A stretch of DNA of 64,000 nt, from positions 32,001 to 96,000 of the forward strand of contig CAXXMR010000018.1 of the NCBI GenBank assembly GCA_963663805.2. Reading direction: 5' to 3'. The first letter of the stretch is position 1; every line of letters starts with the position of its first letter. The position numbers and the translations under genes are program-made. Under the pieces are notes generated by a model. The model was not told the DNA's origin. It saw only the letters and a list, made by a program, of their open reading frames with translations, and did no database searches. This DNA comes from Sedimentisphaerales bacterium (GTDB lineage: Bacteria; Planctomycetota; Phycisphaerae; Sedimentisphaerales; SM23-30). This document shows positions 1 to 10,783 of this stretch, piece by piece.

Positions 1-1353
1 CTGGATGTTGACAAAGGTAGAAGATAATAGTGCGGTGCGGATGTTCTGGATTGTGGCGAAACTGGCCAGTACCGTTTCATTTTCGACAATCTCCACGCAG
101 TTGGACCTGGTTTGCAAGCTCCAGTCTGTCGCAGAGTCACATGTTTTGGCCTGTAAGCACAGTTCTTCAGCGAGATCGGAGGCCCAGCGGGCAGTTGTAT
201 TTGAATAATACTCTTTTGGCAAGGACACCGACGAGACCAGCAAAGCTGCTGGAGTGGGAGATGAAGGTAATTCATATCCGACGAACAAATCTCCAGGGCT
301 TTCCGGGCTTACCAGTTCCAGTCCGGTTTCTGCTTTAAGGGCCGTCAATAGAGGCCCCGATATATCTTCACTCAAAATCGTTTTTATTCGAAGGCGTCGG
401 GGCAGTCTGAATATTATACGATTGTCAGATGCGACAGCGTCTTTACCCGTCAGGTAAACCACAAGTTCTGCGCCATTAGCGGCAATGTTGGGAACAGATA
501 CTACAGCAGGTTCGCCAGGGGTTATAGTAACGCTTTGGTTGGCAATGGTTTGCCCCTGCTTCGTTTCGATCCGAACGGTCTCTGTTTGTGGCGAAGCGGC
601 CCAGGAACCAATTCGAACCATGAACTGACCAGAGACAGGGTCGTGTTCGTATGGATAGAACATTGCCGAGAGCAGCGCATTGTTGGCGACAGGTTGGCCT
701 ACGGAAACAACACTGGTATTATCCTCGTCGGCTGCGGCAATTTCCAATGCTTCAGTCCGGTCGGTAACAACTACAATGTGTTTGTGAAACTGACCATTCA
801 ATATAGTGTGAGCCATCTGGACGGCTTCATTAACCAAACCGGCAGAATAAGCGGTACGCACCTTTGCTAACCGGGAAGTCACCAAACAGTGAGGATCCCC
901 AAGTTGATGTACTACACGAGGAAGAGGGTCAGCCACGATGACGGCAAGAGCCTCATTGCCTGGTCGGGACGGCAGGATTGCTTGTTCCACATATTGTACG
1001 GCTGTATCAAGACGTGACTTGCCCGACTCAGTGACTGCCCCCATCGATAATCCCGCATCCAGTACAATCACTAACGAACTTTTTTCCTGCGAATCGCCCC
1101 CCCATTGCGGCATTACAAGAGCGGTAATCAACAGTAGACTGATAAGCAGCAGCAATAGATAGCTTAGAATGCCCCGGAATCGGTCCAGGAGTGTACGAGC
1201 CTGAGAATAACGGGCAGCATCCCGCCAGAAAATTGTGGTAATTACTACCAGAGGTTCACGGCGAAAACGCAGCAAATGCAGTCCCGCCAGGGCCGCCGCA
1301 GTTACACCGGCAAGAAGAACAGCCGACCAGGTTGAAATGCCTTCAAATATCAC
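1..1353 (-). CDS. BatA/vWA domain membrane protein, partial (runs off left edge)
   Basis: Absent from the ORF track; read by hand. GTG at 1353 with AGGAG RBS at 1359-1363 gives MIFEGISTWSAVLLAGVTAAALAGLHLLRFRREP..TTIFW (BatA N-terminus), then a vWA-like strand VIVLDAGLSM. Lies directly downstream of DUF58 and MoxR. Confidence 0.8.
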   Translation of the reverse strand, partial: MIFEGISTWSAVLLAGVTAAALAGLHLLRFRREPLVVITTIFWRDAARYSQARTLLDRFRGILSYLLLLLISLLLITALVMPQWGGDSQEKSSLVIVLDAGLSMGAVTESGKSRLDTAVQYVEQAILPSRPGNEALAVIVADPLPRVVHQLGDPHCLVTSRLAKVRTAYSAGLVNEAVQMAHTILNGQFHKHIVVVTDRTEALEIAAADEDNTSVVSVGQPVANNALLSAMFYPYEHDPVSGQFMVRIGSWAASPQTETVRIETKQGQTIANQSVTITPGEPAVVSVPNIAANGAELVVYLTGKDAVASDNRIIFRLPRRLRIKTILSEDISGPLLTALKAETGLELVSPESPGDLFVGYELPSSPTPAALLVSSVSLPKEYYSNTTARWASDLAEELCLQAKTCDSATDWSLQTRSNCVEIVENETVLASFATIQNIRTALLSSTFVNIQ

Positions 1354-1363
1354 GTCAAACTCC

Positions 1364-2242
1364 TCAGGCGGTGAATGCGCTCTGCTCAAACAGGCGGCGT
1401 ATTTGTCCCAACACGGGCTTATCAACACTTAATTCAAAATATCCAGCTCTGCTGGTCCGGGCAAACTGTTTGAGTTGGTCGAAAAATGTGTCGTAAGCCT
1501 GGCGATACTGCTGTAAGACAAGCGGACTGACAGCGATATCGGCGGGATGGCTGGTTTCGCAATCGACCAGTCGCAACATGCCGCCGATTTCAGGATTACG
1601 GTCAACCGACCGTATAACCGGGACAAGCAAAACCTGATGCCGGAGTTTACTCAGAGCCTCGACCATTTTATCAACACCCGCGTGATCAAAGAAATCAGAA
1701 ATCACGACAGCCAGGCCTGACCGACGAGACTGTATGCTAAAGCGGTGTACGGCCCCGGCAAAGTCTCCAGGTCCACCGGCCTTTAGATTTTCCAGATGAT
1801 GAAGCAATCGCGGCAGCGTAGCGGGCCCGGCCCCGCGTTTCAAGAGTAGTGAAGGTTCTCGCACGAAAGGAAAAATGGAAACACGATCGTGATGATTGAG
1901 AGCAACAGCGGCGAATACCCCCGCGGTCTGTCTGGCTGCATCAGCACGGGGGGGATTCTCGAAATACATCGAATCACTTGTATCGAGCATAATATATACG
2001 GGCAGGTCCTCTGCCTGTTCGTAAAGCCGCAAGAAAAGTTTGCCGGTGCGGAGGTAGAGATTCCAGTCAATACGCCTAAAATCGTCACCCGGTTGATAGC
2101 AACGGTAGTCGCGAAATTCCAGGCCGTTACCCAGGTCCGCAGAGCGGTGGTCCGCATGACGACCTCCGCGGGCGACCTGCCGAATATTCAGACGCAAAGC
2201 AGAAATGGATTCGATAAAATCTGTAGTGAACAAAGATGACAT
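1364..2242 (-). CDS. DUF58 domain protein (MoxR-associated)
   Basis: GLEFRDYRCYQPGDDFRRIDWN, LDTSDSM and VVISDF motifs. Confidence 0.92.
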   Translation of the reverse strand: MSSLFTTDFIESISALRLNIRQVARGGRHADHRSADLGNGLEFRDYRCYQPGDDFRRIDWNLYLRTGKLFLRLYEQAEDLPVYIMLDTSDSMYFENPPRADAARQTAGVFAAVALNHHDRVSIFPFVREPSLLLKRGAGPATLPRLLHHLENLKAGGPGDFAGAVHRFSIQSRRSGLAVVISDFFDHAGVDKMVEALSKLRHQVLLVPVIRSVDRNPEIGGMLRLVDCETSHPADIAVSPLVLQQYRQAYDTFFDQLKQFARTSRAGYFELSVDKPVLGQIRRLFEQSAFTA

Positions 2243-2246
2243 GAAT

Positions 2247-3269
2247 TTATGATAACTCCGTTACGTTCTCGATGACCGCCTGAATCAAACTATCTGGATT
2301 GATTCTTCTGGAGTGTGCCTCGAAGTTTAGCAGCAGTCGATGTCGTAATACCGGCAGAGCGATACCACGAATATCCTGACACGAAAGTGCAAAGCGACCC
2401 TGAAGCAGAGCCTGCACCTTGCCCATCAACAACAATCCCTGGGCCCCGCGTGGGCTGGCTCCCAAAGACACGAATTCCCTGATCGGTTCAGGGGCAAGTC
2501 TGGAATCCGGCTGGGTCGCAATGATCAGACGCGCGGCGTATCGACTAACCTGTTCGCTCACGGCTACGCTGCGGACCACATGTTGCAGAAATATGATTTC
2601 CTCAGCCGAACAGATTTTCTGTACTTTAGGAAGGACGGCTCCGGTTGTGCGTTCTAAAATTTGCTGATACTCCGCTTCTTGAGGATAGCCTACCGTCAAT
2701 TTCACCAGGAAGCGGTCTAACTGTGCTTCGGGAAGCGGATAGGTTCCTTCCTGCTCAACAGGATTTTGGGTGGCAACCACCATATAGGGTTCTGGAAGGG
2801 CAATGGTACGTCGGCCTACCGAGACCTGTCTTTCCTGCATGGCTTCAAGCAATGCCGACTGGGTTTTGGGGGTGGCCCGATTGATTTCGTCGGCAAGAAC
2901 GAAATTTGCGACCACAGGTCCTTCCTGAAAGCGAAGTTCATGTCCGCCATCGGGCTTTTCGTCCAAGATCATGGTACCCACAATATCCGTGGGCATCAGG
3001 TCGGGTGTGAATTGGATGCGGGAAAGACTGATATCGAGTACTTCTGCCAAAGTCCGAGCCAGCAAGGTTTTTCCTAATCCGGGGACTCCCTCCAGCAGCA
3101 CATGTCCGTTACAGAACAATGCCCCAAGTAAACTCTGAACCAAATCATCGTGTCCGACAAAAACACGGTGAACTTCCTGTTTGACCCGGGAAAATAACTC
3201 GCGGAAACGCTCGGTCTGCAAGCGAATCTGATCAATTTCATTGGCGGTAACTTCAGGTTTATCTGTCAT
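2247..3269 (-). CDS. moxR: MoxR family AAA+ ATPase
   Basis: HVLLEGVPGLGKT, RIQFTPDLMP, LADEINRATPKTQSALLEAMQE, ATQNP and YPLPEAQLDRF motifs. Confidence 0.96.
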   Translation of the reverse strand: MTDKPEVTANEIDQIRLQTERFRELFSRVKQEVHRVFVGHDDLVQSLLGALFCNGHVLLEGVPGLGKTLLARTLAEVLDISLSRIQFTPDLMPTDIVGTMILDEKPDGGHELRFQEGPVVANFVLADEINRATPKTQSALLEAMQERQVSVGRRTIALPEPYMVVATQNPVEQEGTYPLPEAQLDRFLVKLTVGYPQEAEYQQILERTTGAVLPKVQKICSAEEIIFLQHVVRSVAVSEQVSRYAARLIIATQPDSRLAPEPIREFVSLGASPRGAQGLLLMGKVQALLQGRFALSCQDIRGIALPVLRHRLLLNFEAHSRRINPDSLIQAVIENVTELS

Positions 3270-3296
3270 TATTAGATAGGCTCCTGTTTCATTTCT

Positions 3297-4835
3297 CTAA
3301 GGATTCATTTGTTTTTTTTCGGTATCGTCACCAGCAGATGGTTGATTATGCAGAGCAAGAAGGTATTGGCGTATTAGTTGTTGGTATTCTGACGGGATAG
3401 ATTCCGCGGGAATAGGTGATTCGGGCCTTGAACGGTCACTTGTGGTAAATGTGCGGGCAGGATCTCCCGGTTGAGTTTGAGGTTGGCTTTGTTCATGGAC
3501 CACTTTAGTCCGGCCGGGACCGAGGCGACCTTTTACGAAATCTGGTACAGGGACAGCCAGTACCAATGATGCGGTACCGCGTGATTTCTTAGGCTGAGAA
3601 GGACCTCCTCTGCCTGTGCCGGGTTTTTTCTGTCCCCCGGTTATTCCCAATTCACGTGAGGGGGCGACATTGCGATCCTTGAGCATAGGCTGAATGCCTC
3701 CACGCTGAGCGGAACCTTCTTCGGTATCTTCTGCATCCATATCGTCGTTGTCTTGTTCTGGATTTTCTTCTCCCTGGGTTCGAAGACTTTGTGACCAGGT
3801 ATGGGCCGCTGTTTGTTGACTGGCAGAATTACCCTGACCATGTCCGGTCAATGAACTGTTCTCTGAATCACTTTGCTTGAGCGTCTTAGAATCTTGAGGA
3901 TTTGTTTTTCGGCGGCGGGAATTAGTATTCGCCTTAGATTTAGAGGAAGGGTTGTCGTCCGAAACAGCCTGCCGCATGAGTTGAGCGGATTGGCCTGAGG
4001 ATAGATTTTGAGACATCTGTCCTCCCATTTTTCCGCCGGGCAGGTCAGTGCGGTTTTGAGTGTCCAGGTTTTTAGCTGCAACAGGATTTTTATCTTCAGC
4101 CAGGGGAGACGATTCGGAACCAACTACGGATACGATGGTACTTTGAGGTTGTTGCCGCGGGCGTGAGGATAAGGTGTTATCCTGGTGGTCAGGATCAATG
4201 ACTCTAGGGGATTGGGACTGAAACGCAATTGTGTTTTGCCCGATAGCCGGCTTGTTTTGGATGTCAGGAGCGGATTGGTTGATCGCCAGCAGCGAACCCA
4301 GGGCATAGAATATACAGGTCATGAGAAACAGTATAATATAGCGTCGCCAAGTCCAGATCGGCATTTCAAAATGGGGCTGCCGGTCACACACCTTGACAAG
4401 GAGATTGAGTCCATCTTGTACCGCCAAGGCGGCAAATAGGTCTTGCCGGCAATGATTGCGCAGATACCAGGCGGTTGCGATAAGATTGTGTGCATTTGTG
4501 GCGGCATCTAAATGTTGGGCGGTTTGAGCGTTTTGAGGAAAACGATTCCGAGTCTGCCAAAACCTTGCCGTCAGAATCACCATCGCAACTACACAGGCTG
4601 ATATGCCGAAGAAAAAATCACTGGGCACAGGCAGCCGATTTCCCGGCAGAGTCAAAAGTAACACTCGCAGCAATGCGACGGCGGTCATCCCCAAAAAGAT
4701 ACGCATAACCGCTTGACGCAGTGCCGCCCAAAGCATGCGACGACACAGCTTATGTCTTGCAGGCAGTAAAAGGCATTCGATCTCATTATCAGTTGCTTGC
4801 CGGGACATAAAGCTCCTGAGCCAATGACGGTTCAT
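3297..4835 (-). CDS. Membrane protein with a long disordered Q/S/D-rich C-terminus, typical of MoxR clusters
   Basis: 512-aa ORF with hydrophobic helices in the N-terminal part and a C-terminal IPSEYQQLIRQY motif. Confidence 0.75.
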   Translation of the reverse strand: MNRHWLRSFMSRQATDNEIECLLLPARHKLCRRMLWAALRQAVMRIFLGMTAVALLRVLLLTLPGNRLPVPSDFFFGISACVVAMVILTARFWQTRNRFPQNAQTAQHLDAATNAHNLIATAWYLRNHCRQDLFAALAVQDGLNLLVKVCDRQPHFEMPIWTWRRYIILFLMTCIFYALGSLLAINQSAPDIQNKPAIGQNTIAFQSQSPRVIDPDHQDNTLSSRPRQQPQSTIVSVVGSESSPLAEDKNPVAAKNLDTQNRTDLPGGKMGGQMSQNLSSGQSAQLMRQAVSDDNPSSKSKANTNSRRRKTNPQDSKTLKQSDSENSSLTGHGQGNSASQQTAAHTWSQSLRTQGEENPEQDNDDMDAEDTEEGSAQRGGIQPMLKDRNVAPSRELGITGGQKKPGTGRGGPSQPKKSRGTASLVLAVPVPDFVKGRLGPGRTKVVHEQSQPQTQPGDPARTFTTSDRSRPESPIPAESIPSEYQQLIRQYLLALHNQPSAGDDTEKKQMNP

Positions 4836-7230
4836 ATTCGGGTGCAGTTTTCCAGGCCGACATAATTCTGTGGGTGTCGTTATCCTGAAGGAAAGCTACT
4901 ATTTCCAGTTGTGATACATCAATCTGAGAGGGCTTCATCATGAATTTGATGCCGAACCGCTCTTGTGCATTCAAAATTTCCTTTTCCAGATTAAAACTCA
5001 CTTCGGCCAGATCGCACATCACTGTGAAGTGACGAGATTCTGACTCGTCAGATATAACCCTGCCCTCAACAGGTGTCAAGCACGCTCTCACGACATAGGG
5101 GTGCAGCAGCAACGTATTTCTGCCCGGTGACATTACCGCACGTTCACAAAGCAGTAGGTGCAATCTGGCATCGGCCGGAGACGCCGGACCTGAAACTTCA
5201 GTCGCAACGCTTAGGGACTGCCCGGCAAGACCTACGCCTATGTCGATTTGCCAGGGTGATTCACTTGCCTGCACGGATTTTGATATGTATGCCGGGAAGA
5301 GTTGACTCATTGCTGTGTCATCACCCCCGCCGGTAACCTGACCTGTTCCATCGAATACCGCCGTGGGGATATCGGTGATCTGGTAATACGTCCGTCGCGC
5401 CACACCAAATGGTGTCAGAAGCGGATCGGGATACGGCTTATCCTGATGGTATGAGACCAGGCAAACTTCTTTGTTCTCGAAATACTCTCCCAATGCTCCC
5501 AAGGCCAGCTCAGCGGCCATTGTATCCGGTTTTTCGATACAGGTAAAAAGTTCCACAAGTCGAACCGGCGCGAGAGAGGCATCTTCCTGCTGATCACCGA
5601 AGCGAGAGGAGGGATGAAAGACCGGCAAGCGTCCTTCGAGCAGTTCCAAAGCATCGTTCATGTTGAATATTCGTCGGAATTCAGCATTTCGGTTGAGGCG
5701 ATCCAATCCCGCAAATCCTCCCCTGGCAGGCTCATCAACAATGATACTTTGAACATAACGTGACCAGGCTCGCACCAGCTTGCCCTTTTGTTCGTAAAGC
5801 TGGCCCAGCCAAAGGTTGATATAGGGCTCCCGCGGCATACCAAAGCTGGCGGACAGAAGATATTTATGGGCTTGTTTGAGATTGCCCTCCCTTAATGCAA
5901 TAAAACCCAGACGAGATTGCACTTCGTATATCGCCATCCCGGTTGTGTCGTCCGGAGCATAAGTCAAGGCCATCCGCAAAGCCGGCTTAGTCAGTTCATA
6001 CTTATTCTTATGTTTGCTCGCGAGCAATTCATCTGCCGCAACTAATACTTTCATGCTGCGTCGTGCCGGAGGTGTGGCATCGGCGACAGCCTGAAAGGCA
6101 CGCTTCAGCGCCGTAGCGTCCGGAGAAGCGGTTTCCATCCGTAAATGCAGGAGCTTCTCAGCGGCCTCATCTGCTAACCGGACATCGTGCAGAGTAACAA
6201 GCAATTTCTCTAAGGCATCAGCATCACCTTGAGCTCGTGCCTGAAAATATCGCTGCTTGAGCTTGTCAAATTCCGCAGTGCGAGTTACGGCAAATTGTAT
6301 TTCTTGTTTTTCAGGATCAATCCTCACCTGAAAGAATTCCAGCAGGTCTGTCCCTAAAATAATATCCGGAGCGTCTTTCATTCCGCCTCGCAAATCCTCC
6401 ACCCGGAACGGCACGAATCGCGATATATCTATCCCTTCCAATATCACCGGACAGATTTCGCCCGACGAAGCTCCTGCTTCAGTGGCGGCTGTACGATCAA
6501 TAAGCGTATCAGGTAATGAAGTTGCCAGTCTTACACGCAGCGTTTTATTCTCAGGTCCAATTGCTGTCAACCAATACCCGGTTTTCTCTTGGTTATATTT
6601 GGCAACATCAGAAACACGCGGAAGATTCTCGGTATTCATCTCTGGAAGGACAGGAAGGTCGTTGCTTTGTGGTTCCGGCCCTGACAGAGGATACAGGTCA
6701 AGCTGCCCCCTGGAAACCTGAAGATCCAGCCTGTAATTGGAAAACGCGGACAGCCCGACGATCGCCACCACCGGGATCTCCTCCAGTTGGCCGGCATGTT
6801 CTCTTGTCAGATCTTCCAACGCGACTAACTCTGCGGTTTGAGTTGCCAGCCCATCAAGACTGAATTTATCAAAACGAACATCGACCCTGGAATTTTCTGT
6901 CAGTTCCAGACCTACACCCGTCTTGCCATGAAGCAGCAAGGGTATCGGCGTCCCCAAATCGATCAGAACATTAGCGGGAAGCGATATGTCACCGCAACTG
7001 AGCTGACAAGGTGCGATTAATGCCCCTTCGATAACCTGAAATTCGACGGTTTCTGCCCACGCCGAACCCACTAAAAACAGCAACGTGACAATACATCCAA
7101 ACATCACAGTATGCCTGCCGCAGCCACCCCAAACAGACCGCGAACAGAATCGCCAGCTTACTATAGCCCTGAAAATCATTCGGCCTATAACCCGCTTTAA
7201 GTAACATAATTTGAAATCAGCTTGTAACAT
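4789..7230 (-). CDS. Secreted multidomain protein: retropepsin-like repeats, TPR region, thioredoxin/Omp28-like C-terminus
   Basis: Signal-peptide-like LLFLVGSAWA (true start may be near 7104); IDLGT...IVG and IILGTD motifs; helical repeats; LVELFT...PTAVFDG. Confidence 0.7.
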   Translation of the reverse strand: MLQADFKLCYLKRVIGRMIFRAIVSWRFCSRSVWGGCGRHTVMFGCIVTLLFLVGSAWAETVEFQVIEGALIAPCQLSCGDISLPANVLIDLGTPIPLLLHGKTGVGLELTENSRVDVRFDKFSLDGLATQTAELVALEDLTREHAGQLEEIPVVAIVGLSAFSNYRLDLQVSRGQLDLYPLSGPEPQSNDLPVLPEMNTENLPRVSDVAKYNQEKTGYWLTAIGPENKTLRVRLATSLPDTLIDRTAATEAGASSGEICPVILEGIDISRFVPFRVEDLRGGMKDAPDIILGTDLLEFFQVRIDPEKQEIQFAVTRTAEFDKLKQRYFQARAQGDADALEKLLVTLHDVRLADEAAEKLLHLRMETASPDATALKRAFQAVADATPPARRSMKVLVAADELLASKHKNKYELTKPALRMALTYAPDDTTGMAIYEVQSRLGFIALREGNLKQAHKYLLSASFGMPREPYINLWLGQLYEQKGKLVRAWSRYVQSIIVDEPARGGFAGLDRLNRNAEFRRIFNMNDALELLEGRLPVFHPSSRFGDQQEDASLAPVRLVELFTCIEKPDTMAAELALGALGEYFENKEVCLVSYHQDKPYPDPLLTPFGVARRTYYQITDIPTAVFDGTGQVTGGGDDTAMSQLFPAYISKSVQASESPWQIDIGVGLAGQSLSVATEVSGPASPADARLHLLLCERAVMSPGRNTLLLHPYVVRACLTPVEGRVISDESESRHFTVMCDLAEVSFNLEKEILNAQERFGIKFMMKPSQIDVSQLEIVAFLQDNDTHRIMSAWKTAPEYEPSLAQELYVPASN

Positions 7231-7375
7231 ATAATCGTTGGTTCAGCATTTTCGCTCCCATCCACTCTGCTCTGAAAAACGCCATAACAACAGCGCCAGC
7301 AAAATACCAATCACCCCGATTTCACCTCAAAATAACGCTTGGCTAAGAGTATCACCAAACCACGGCCCCAACAAC

Positions 7376-7412
7376 AAAAAAAAAGACCGCCTGACAATAA
7401 TGCCAGACGGCC
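7376..7412 (-). terminator. Intrinsic terminator after the PEP-CTERM gene
   Basis: Minus strand reads GGCCGTCTGGCA-TTAT-TGTCAGGCGGTC followed by a T run. Confidence 0.75.
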
Positions 7413-7442
7413 CAATATTCTCTAGTGGGAACAGGTCAAAGT

Positions 7443-8498
7443 TTAGCGACGACGACGTGCCACAACCAGACCGCCCAGGCCCATCAGGACCATAGTAATC
7501 GGCTCCGGAATCGTGCAGAAACCCAAATTGCCACTATTCAAAGCGGAGGCGGCAAGCTGACCATCAAAGAGTGAGAAATATATCACAAAGCTTGTGCCCA
7601 GAGGGCCTGCGGCTAAAGCTTCTTTGGTAATCATCACTTCCAGCGTATTGGCTGGGTCGGCAGGATCATAGGACAGAATGTCATGTGATTTGGCGTCCCG
7701 GAAGTAGATTAGCCCATCGGCCGGGTTATAAATATTGCCGCCGGGAGTAAAACTGGTTTCGCCGGTAAGACTGGTAATATCAGACACACTGAAAAGCTGA
7801 GTGATATTGGTACCGTCATATTTGTAAACACCGTCGGTAACACTTTCTCCAAAATACATGTTGCCGCTGACATCAAATGCCAACTGACCCGAAGGACTGC
7901 CCCTGCCGGTACCGGCAACTATCTCTGCATTGGTAAGTACAATCTCTGCTGTGCCCACACCAGTGGTACGCCATATCTGATCAATGTCCATCTCAAAGAA
8001 CACCATTTGGCCGGTGTTATCCACACCACAGGTACTGGAGAGAATCGCGTCGCCGCCGGTCTGTGCCAGTAGTTGGGCTTTATCGAGGATGACATCGTGA
8101 GTACCGCCCAGATCGGCACCGTTCTTATTGATCTTCCAGATCTCGTCTAAAGTTGGATTGGCGAGAAACAGGTCATCACCGACAACAGTCATTGAAGACC
8201 CGGAATTCACCAGACCGGAGAAATGGTAAATAACACTCGCGGATTCAGATTCGGTTCCCGCGTTTTCAACTTTGACGTACCAGGCTGTTGTGGGATCGGA
8301 AGAGCGGATCTCGGCATAGACCGTCGAGCCGTCAGCAACAGCTTTGGTATAACTAGCGGGTGTCACCTGGCCGCCCGTATAAGTACTGACCGCATCCGAG
8401 AATGTACTCCAGGGTACAATCTCCTGATAACCACCATAGGCCGCTGAAGCTACCAGCCCCAGCAACACAACAAAAACCAACATTTTCCTGCTAAACAT
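7443..8498 (-). CDS. PEP-CTERM surface protein (beta-propeller-like)
   Basis: Signal peptide; C-terminal IPEPITMVLMGLGGLVVARRRR. Confidence 0.92.
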   Translation of the reverse strand: MFSRKMLVFVVLLGLVASAAYGGYQEIVPWSTFSDAVSTYTGGQVTPASYTKAVADGSTVYAEIRSSDPTTAWYVKVENAGTESESASVIYHFSGLVNSGSSMTVVGDDLFLANPTLDEIWKINKNGADLGGTHDVILDKAQLLAQTGGDAILSSTCGVDNTGQMVFFEMDIDQIWRTTGVGTAEIVLTNAEIVAGTGRGSPSGQLAFDVSGNMYFGESVTDGVYKYDGTNITQLFSVSDITSLTGETSFTPGGNIYNPADGLIYFRDAKSHDILSYDPADPANTLEVMITKEALAAGPLGTSFVIYFSLFDGQLAASALNSGNLGFCTIPEPITMVLMGLGGLVVARRRR

Positions 8499-8603
8499 TT
8501 TCTATCCTTCCTTTCCGGTACACTAAGCACCTCAACACAAATCGAAAGAGAACACCTCTTCCTCTAAACTAAAAACATATTTAACCTCTTAAACCGAAAG
8601 TTA

Positions 8604-9320
8604 TTAATCCTCGTACGCCAGAAATCCCACAGTCAGATCAAAATGGAGCAGCTGGATTCCCATTCCTTGACGTTTAATTGAAGACCCTGCGTTAATAATC
8701 TGACCACTGGTCTGCCCCTGGTGCCAAAAGGTACTGTCATCGCGAAAGTAGCCTGTGTTCTGGCCCTGGCCCGACTGGCTCAGATCTGTTCGCGCTACTC
8801 CGCTTGCGAACGGATTTAGATTCCAATTGTCAGCTAGATACCCGACAAGAGCTTTGGTTCGATTGCCCGTGTAGTATTTTGGGTTCTGGGTGACCGGATC
8901 ACTGTTGTGCACCCAGTAAGTATTAACATACTCTCTATCTTTTTTGTTCGAAGGGCAGGTCCAGAGATCCTGCGACCCCAGGTCTAGATAGCCGCCGGCA
9001 TGCAAAACCGCCGGAAGACCAAAAGTCTCCTCCAGGTCACTGCCCGGTGATTTCAAGCCCGGAAACACCCGATAGCTCGAACCGCCTATTGTTTCCCAGT
9101 CCGGGAAACAGTTCTTTTTGCTATCGTTGGCATACATAGCGCAGCTCAATCCGATCTGACGCAGATTGCTGGAGCATACTACCGCCTTGGCCTGCTCGCG
9201 AGCTTTGCCTATTGCCGGCAATAATATACTAACCAGCAACGCGATTATTGCTACAACTACAAGCAGCTCTACCAGGGTAAAACCGCGTTTGCGGGATACA
9301 TTGGAAAAACAATTTATCAT
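8604..9320 (-). CDS. Prepilin-type N-terminal cleavage/methylation protein (DUF1559-like)
   Basis: [49 protein letters not shown] at 9320 overlaps the upstream TGA (ATGA coupling). Confidence 0.9.
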   Translation of the reverse strand: MINCFSNVSRKRGFTLVELLVVVAIIALLVSILLPAIGKAREQAKAVVCSSNLRQIGLSCAMYANDSKKNCFPDWETIGGSSYRVFPGLKSPGSDLEETFGLPAVLHAGGYLDLGSQDLWTCPSNKKDREYVNTYWVHNSDPVTQNPKYYTGNRTKALVGYLADNWNLNPFASGVARTDLSQSGQGQNTGYFRDDSTFWHQGQTSGQIINAGSSIKRQGMGIQLLHFDLTVGFLAYED

Positions 9321-10639
9321 GGTATCAGCCAATTCTTTTCACATGAAGCGTTTTGTGGGTCATTGCACCATAACCATTCCGATGCAAACAATATTAAGTC
9401 GGCCATGTTAGTCAGGCCGTCATTATCAAGGTCGCCGCCCTCGTCTATCAGCCAGGCATCTGCCAGAATCGAGAAATCAAATAGCGAGACATAACAATCC
9501 TGCGTCCACTCCGGCGCCGCCAGATCATAACCAAAACGCTGAACCTCGTCACAGTTATCAGGCAGCACTACCCGGTAGAAAATCCCTCCGGCGGACCTTA
9601 AGCCTCCGCTCAAACCGTTATTCCAGGTCAAAGCCTTGCCTTCATATGAACTGAACGCGCTGAGACGGTGTATTCCCTGCGGCCCATCAACCATCTCGGC
9701 CTTTGTCAGGAATATTTGAAGCGAATTCGGGTCACCCGCTTCAGCCCGCGCCGGATCAAAACGCAAAATATTATCGGATTCACGTTCGTAGAAATAAATA
9801 TTATCGTCCGGACCATAGTAGATATCATTGTACTCGCCAGGGTTAATCCAGATGATACCTATAAGGTCATCTATTTCCGCTTGGGTTACTATCTCAGACA
9901 TAGTACCGTCGGTTTTACGTTTGTAGATCGAGCCTGTACCACTACTGCCGCTCTTGCTGCTGGTCCAGTAGAGATTGCCGCTCGTATCAAAAGCCATGCC
10001 GCCGCCGACATAGTTGATATGAGTGCCACCGTAGAGCGATTGGAAATCGGCTGGAGTGATCAAGGTGGTCAACGTTCCGTCAGGGGCAACCAGCAGAACG
10101 CGGTCGCTTTTCTCATCATAAACAGTCATTTCCTGATTCGGTGCGTAAACCGCGACCGCATCGAGAAGTTTCGCTTCAGACTCACCGGTATGGGCCATAA
10201 TATCAGACGGTGATACCAGAGTGCTCAACGCACCGGTAGTAACATTTACACGGTAGATCGCGTCATCAAAATAGTCCACAAACTGTAGCTGGTCGCCAAA
10301 AACCGCCATGTGATTACCCGGGCCAATATTGCCGTAATCATCACCGGTATAAGCCATCCATTGGGCATTGCTCACCAGGGTTGTTACGGTTGGGGAACCG
10401 CTCGAAATGTTGTCGATACGTCGAATAGCCGTTTCCCATATCGGCGTTATGACGCTTTCTATGCCGCGGGCAATGACATAGGCGGTGTCGCCGTCAATCA
10501 GGTGAGCGCCGCAGTAGTTGTACTGAGGTAATTGCAGAACGCTGTTGGCATCCACAAGCTCCTCATAAATATCGCCTTGGCAAAGAGTTGCCATCAATAT
10601 AACCACTGCTGCCGTGCCTTTAATACCCAAATACTTCAT
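9317..10639 (-). CDS. Secreted beta-propeller-like protein with C-terminal dockerin/EF-hand-like tail; paralog of 7443..8498
   Basis: Signal peptide; shared blocks AFDxSGNxY and IYFxxxxSxxILxxDPA; tail [32 protein letters not shown]. Confidence 0.82.
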   Translation of the reverse strand: MKYLGIKGTAAVVILMATLCQGDIYEELVDANSVLQLPQYNYCGAHLIDGDTAYVIARGIESVITPIWETAIRRIDNISSGSPTVTTLVSNAQWMAYTGDDYGNIGPGNHMAVFGDQLQFVDYFDDAIYRVNVTTGALSTLVSPSDIMAHTGESEAKLLDAVAVYAPNQEMTVYDEKSDRVLLVAPDGTLTTLITPADFQSLYGGTHINYVGGGMAFDTSGNLYWTSSKSGSSGTGSIYKRKTDGTMSEIVTQAEIDDLIGIIWINPGEYNDIYYGPDDNIYFYERESDNILRFDPARAEAGDPNSLQIFLTKAEMVDGPQGIHRLSAFSSYEGKALTWNNGLSGGLRSAGGIFYRVVLPDNCDEVQRFGYDLAAPEWTQDCYVSLFDFSILADAWLIDEGGDLDNDGLTNMADLILFASEWLWCNDPQNASCEKNWLIP

Positions 10640-10754
10640 TACTCCGCTCCTGAAAAAAGTCAACCAATCTGATTGTGCACCAAATGCATCTCAATGTTAG
10701 CTGAACCTTCGCAAAACAAAGCGATGCGATCTGGCGTACCTAATCAACCATTCC

Positions 10755-10783
10755 ATTCTACCTTGGATGCGTAATAATGTCAA
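10755..10783 (-). promoter_or_regulatory. Sigma70-type promoter for the dockerin/pilin/PEP-CTERM cassette
   Basis: TTGACA-17 nt-TAGAAT on the minus strand. Confidence 0.75.
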
